Positions 58,547-64,000 of a stretch of DNA of 64,000 bases are shown piece by piece; position 1 is the first letter of the stretch, and the number at the start of each line of letters is the position of its first letter. Source of the DNA: Auanema rhodensis. Lineage: Eukaryota; Animalia; Nematoda. A model generated the notes under the pieces. It was given only the letters and a program-made list of their open reading frames with translations, did no database searches and was not told the DNA's origin. The stretch lies in contig OZ059898.1 of NCBI GenBank assembly GCA_964057225.1, forward strand, positions 15,066,001-15,130,000, in the 5' to 3' direction. A program made the translations under genes and the position numbers.

Positions 58547-60853
58547 TCATAGGAATTTCTGGTTAAAACTGTTGCCGAATCTGGAGCTCAGTTGACCACA
58601 TCTCTCCTGAAAATAATATATTTATTTTAAAGCACTATGGTAAAGTACAAACCTTCAATTCAGCAGCAGAAGAACTCTTGAAGCCTCGAACTTCCATATC
58701 TTTCTCACGATCAAATGCTTTACGTTCTCCAGTGGAAGAGCTCTAAACAAAGACACATTTCCGAAAAAGAGAAAACTAATGTTACCTGGCCAGACTCAGA
58801 TTTCTTTTTACGTTGATGCGAATCTAATAAAGCTTCTGACCGGTTTGACTAAAATGATCAGATATATAGTCAAATATGATTGTAATAAATGAAGACTTAC
58901 ACTATATTGTTGAGCAATGCGTTCTTGTTCATAATCTCTAGCATGTTGAGCGGAAGACTCAAGATTTTGACTATTTGATTGAGAAGAACTTTCTCCTCTC
59001 TAAAAAACAAAAATAATGATTATGTACTATTAAAATACCGCATACCTCCAGTCTTCTTCTCTTCTGCTCAGGTGTTTCTGTCCAACTACTATCTTTTTCA
59101 GCATTAACTGAGCTCTTGCTGAACGTTCTGGCACCAAGGCCATAATTTGTTAGCTTTTTGGGCAGTTGTGTCATCCACTCCTCTCTTTTATTGGTGTTCT
59201 ATAGAAAATAAAAAAATTACTACCACATTTTCTTTAAACCTGTTCTTTTTGTTTTTCTAATAGAAGTCTTCGAACAGCGTATTCTTCTGCTGCTTTTTCT
59301 TCATCTTGACTAGTAGGCAGAGTAGGACCAATTATCTGAAATTTTTTTATTACAAGTGAAAAACAAGCTAAGCAACCTCCTCATCATCTTCCTCTTCCTC
59401 TTCTTCGCAAGGTATCTCAGGGGGAATACTTTCCTCACGAGAGTTTTCGGGTGGTGGCGGAGCAGGACCATATATATCCTGATCGATTTCTTGATTAACT
59501 ATAGGCCCCTCCATAGGAAGTACATCTGGTGGTAATGCTGGGCCTATAACAGGTTCTCCCTGAGCAGGAGGCATAGCTGGACCAATTTGTCGGGGTATTG
59601 ACGGCCCAATAACAAATAGGTCGTTTTCGCTAACAGGAGAAGAAGGAACATCCCTGGACGAGGAAGAGCCTCCACCATTTGAAGAAGAACTAGCCATTTC
59701 AGCAGGATGTGAAGATTCCATTGCTCTCATGTTAGATGGTAATGAGGGTCCTATTGTTCCCGAGCTGGATTGGGATGAAGGTCCGATAGGGCCAATGCTA
59801 GATGGTAACGAAGGACCAATATTAGCTGGAAGAGTTGGCCCCAATCCTGACGGTAAGGTGGGGCCGATATGACTAATAGGAAGAGATGGGCCAATTCCTT
59901 GAGTGGGCAATGAAGGCCCAATAGAAGCAGAAGGCATTCTAGGACCAACTTCCCGAGGTAGTACAACATCTAAATCAGCAGGAGAAACATTGCCCTGTGA
60001 CGAAGTTCCAGAAACTGAAGGTACTCCAGGATCAACAACCCTGGCTATAACAGGACAATTATCACGAGAAGAAATTGAAGAATTATTTCTGGATGAAGTT
60101 GGCTCAGGTGGGGGCAAAGAGAAAGAATCTTAATTGCTTAGTATTAGGAATTTATTTTATAGTCACACGTACTTGTTGAATTACTACGCCCCCTTAATTC
60201 ATCATCTGGTAAAGAAGGAGCTTGTACACTATTTAAATGATTTAGTCTGCAAATTTCAAAAATATTTATTGTTCGTAAAGTATAACAAACCTAGAGGGTC
60301 CTGACGCATTCAGGTCCGGAACTTGGGGATTGAAAGATGGATGTCTATTTAAAGACCGTGTGGAAAATGTAGGTAAGACAGGTCCTTAAACACACGTAAT
60401 ACTTAAGATAGAAACAAAAATTAAACCTATTTGGGAAGAAGACATATCAGGATCTTCAGGATCACAAGACGGGTCATCGGGAGCAGCATCATCTGGAACC
60501 CAAAACCCACTACTAGGTACGGGTGGAACTACATTATTGAAGGAAGGATCATTTAATCCTGGCAAACGGTCATTGGAATCCTGATTCTAATGAAAAAATG
60601 AGCAAAAAAACAAGAAATTGGCTAATTTACCCCTGAGCCTCGTGCGTTGGAAGAGCATGGCTCCTCGACCGAAAAGGGTGAAGAGGATGGCCCTGGAACA
60701 GGATCTTCTGCAAATTTCTCCAATTTTTACCTTCTACAAAAAAATCAAACCTGAGACATCTTCTTGTCCTTGTGGATCTTCATTATAATCCAGTTCTTCA
60801 TTGGCGTCAAATTCATCCCAATTTGGTAACATGTCTGGGTCTCTTTGAGACAT
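58547..60853 (-). CDS. GPALPP-motif protein 1 homolog (DUF3752 C-terminus)
   Basis: TTTTCAG|ATG at 60853 (MSQRDPDMLPNWDEFD...); many xGPxLP repeats including IGPALPP; C-terminal REEWMTQLPKKLTNYGLGARTFSK...SSWTETPEQKRRR...RSEALLDSHQRKKK...ERKAFDREKDM...LSSRFGNSFNQKFL*. Confidence 0.88.
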
Positions 60854-61252
60854 CTGAAAACAGGAGCATTCGAGAATCTATCACATCACCTGATAAGGAA
60901 CAAAGAATAAAGGAAAGATTGAAAAGTTGCAATGAACGAAATGAAGATAATGAACTGGCTAGAAAATGGCAAAACAGACAAAGTAATACAAAAAGAACAG
61001 TTCCAGTGACAAAAGGGAAAACCTAATATTTCGGCAATTAATTTCTCAGATTTGAATTCAATAAGAACTTAAAATAATCACTTGCGTGTGAACAGAATAA
61101 TTTAAAGCGTACAGCGTTGATAAGCGAATTATTGAAAACATTAGAAACAAAGTTAAATAATATTTTTATTAGAAAAATCGATCATTTTAACCACATTTGT
61201 AGAGATAGTGCGATAGTATTCAAAAAATACGTACTTTGACAACGAAAAAAAA

Positions 61253-61292
61253 CAAGTTCAACATGAAGTCAAAATCAAGTTCAACATGAAGT
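61253..61292 (+). repeat. 17-bp direct repeat in the divergent GPALPP1/cst-1 promoter interval
   Basis: CAAGTTCAACATGAAGT at 61253-61269 and 61276-61292. Confidence 0.9.
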
Positions 61293-61873
61293 TCTCGATC
61301 CTCATTCATTGAGAGAAAATTAGCTATTTATGATAGCAAGCAGCGCAGAAGTTCAAAAAGATCACATCCTATAAGAACAGGAAAAAGTTGAACGGCTGCT
61401 GCGACATCGATCCCCGCTAGCTAATTCAGGAATCGATTGCAGCTCCTCATTTTTTTCTTTTTATACATAATTTTACGCATTAACTTAAGTTACCTATAGG
61501 AGAATATTTTGACTAAATTAAAATATACAAAATAACAAAAATAAAAAAACGCTACACGTGACGCGAACGCGTCGCAGCCTGGTACGCAAAAAGAAACGCA
61601 AAATAGTGGTAAACATGCCCGTGCAAGTGTTACACATTCAACAACCGAACATGGGACTTCGTTTCATTTTTCAGCTTACAAATTGAGTATCAAAAAGAAT
61701 ATAAACTGTTTGTGTTTGAATTATATAACAACTAAGGCTTATCAATATGCTAACGTGAATTAGACAATGTTATCTACTCAATTTCCTTTGTTTGTTCCTT
61801 GTTCCTCTTGAAGCTTTGTATTGGAAGTGTTTTCTCAATAACTGATATATTTTCAGCACTTAGTGCCCCGGTT

Positions 61874-64000
<2,127 letters not shown>

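Overview
Eukaryotic genomic DNA from a nematode, probably rhabditid: AT-rich, intron-dense genes with 40-60 nt introns, TTTTCAG-type acceptors and acceptors directly before start codons. The six-frame ORF track therefore shows only exon fragments; I reconstructed gene models by hand from splice signals and named them by recalled similarity to C. elegans proteins, with no searches run. Gene order: twk-18-like K2P channel (-, runs off the left end); ptrn-1/Patronin (+); a 2.46 kb composite element bounded by 425-bp inverted repeats; nmur-1 GPCR (+); one or two unidentified spliced loci (-) containing a heat-shock-element-like minisatellite; sma-9/Schnurri (-); a ~13.7 kb gene-poor, (GA)n-rich interval; mek-1/MKK7 (-); dnj-21/PAM18 (-); dxbp-1/KIN17 (+) followed by pinn-4 (+) as a probable operon; a GPALPP1 homolog (-); and cst-1/Hippo kinase (+, runs off the right end). 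The most unusual region is 13109-15621. Its inverted arms enclose a pseudogenised three-exon gene piece and an intronless, decayed ORF block resembling Maverick/Polinton coding sequence, and its right arm is bracketed by 34-bp direct repeats. Other highlights: a 12-pentamer perfect HSE array, a GC-AG intron in nmur-1, a BMP-Smad-type element upstream of sma-9 and apparently extra zinc fingers in SMA-9. No rRNA, tRNA or CRISPR was seen.
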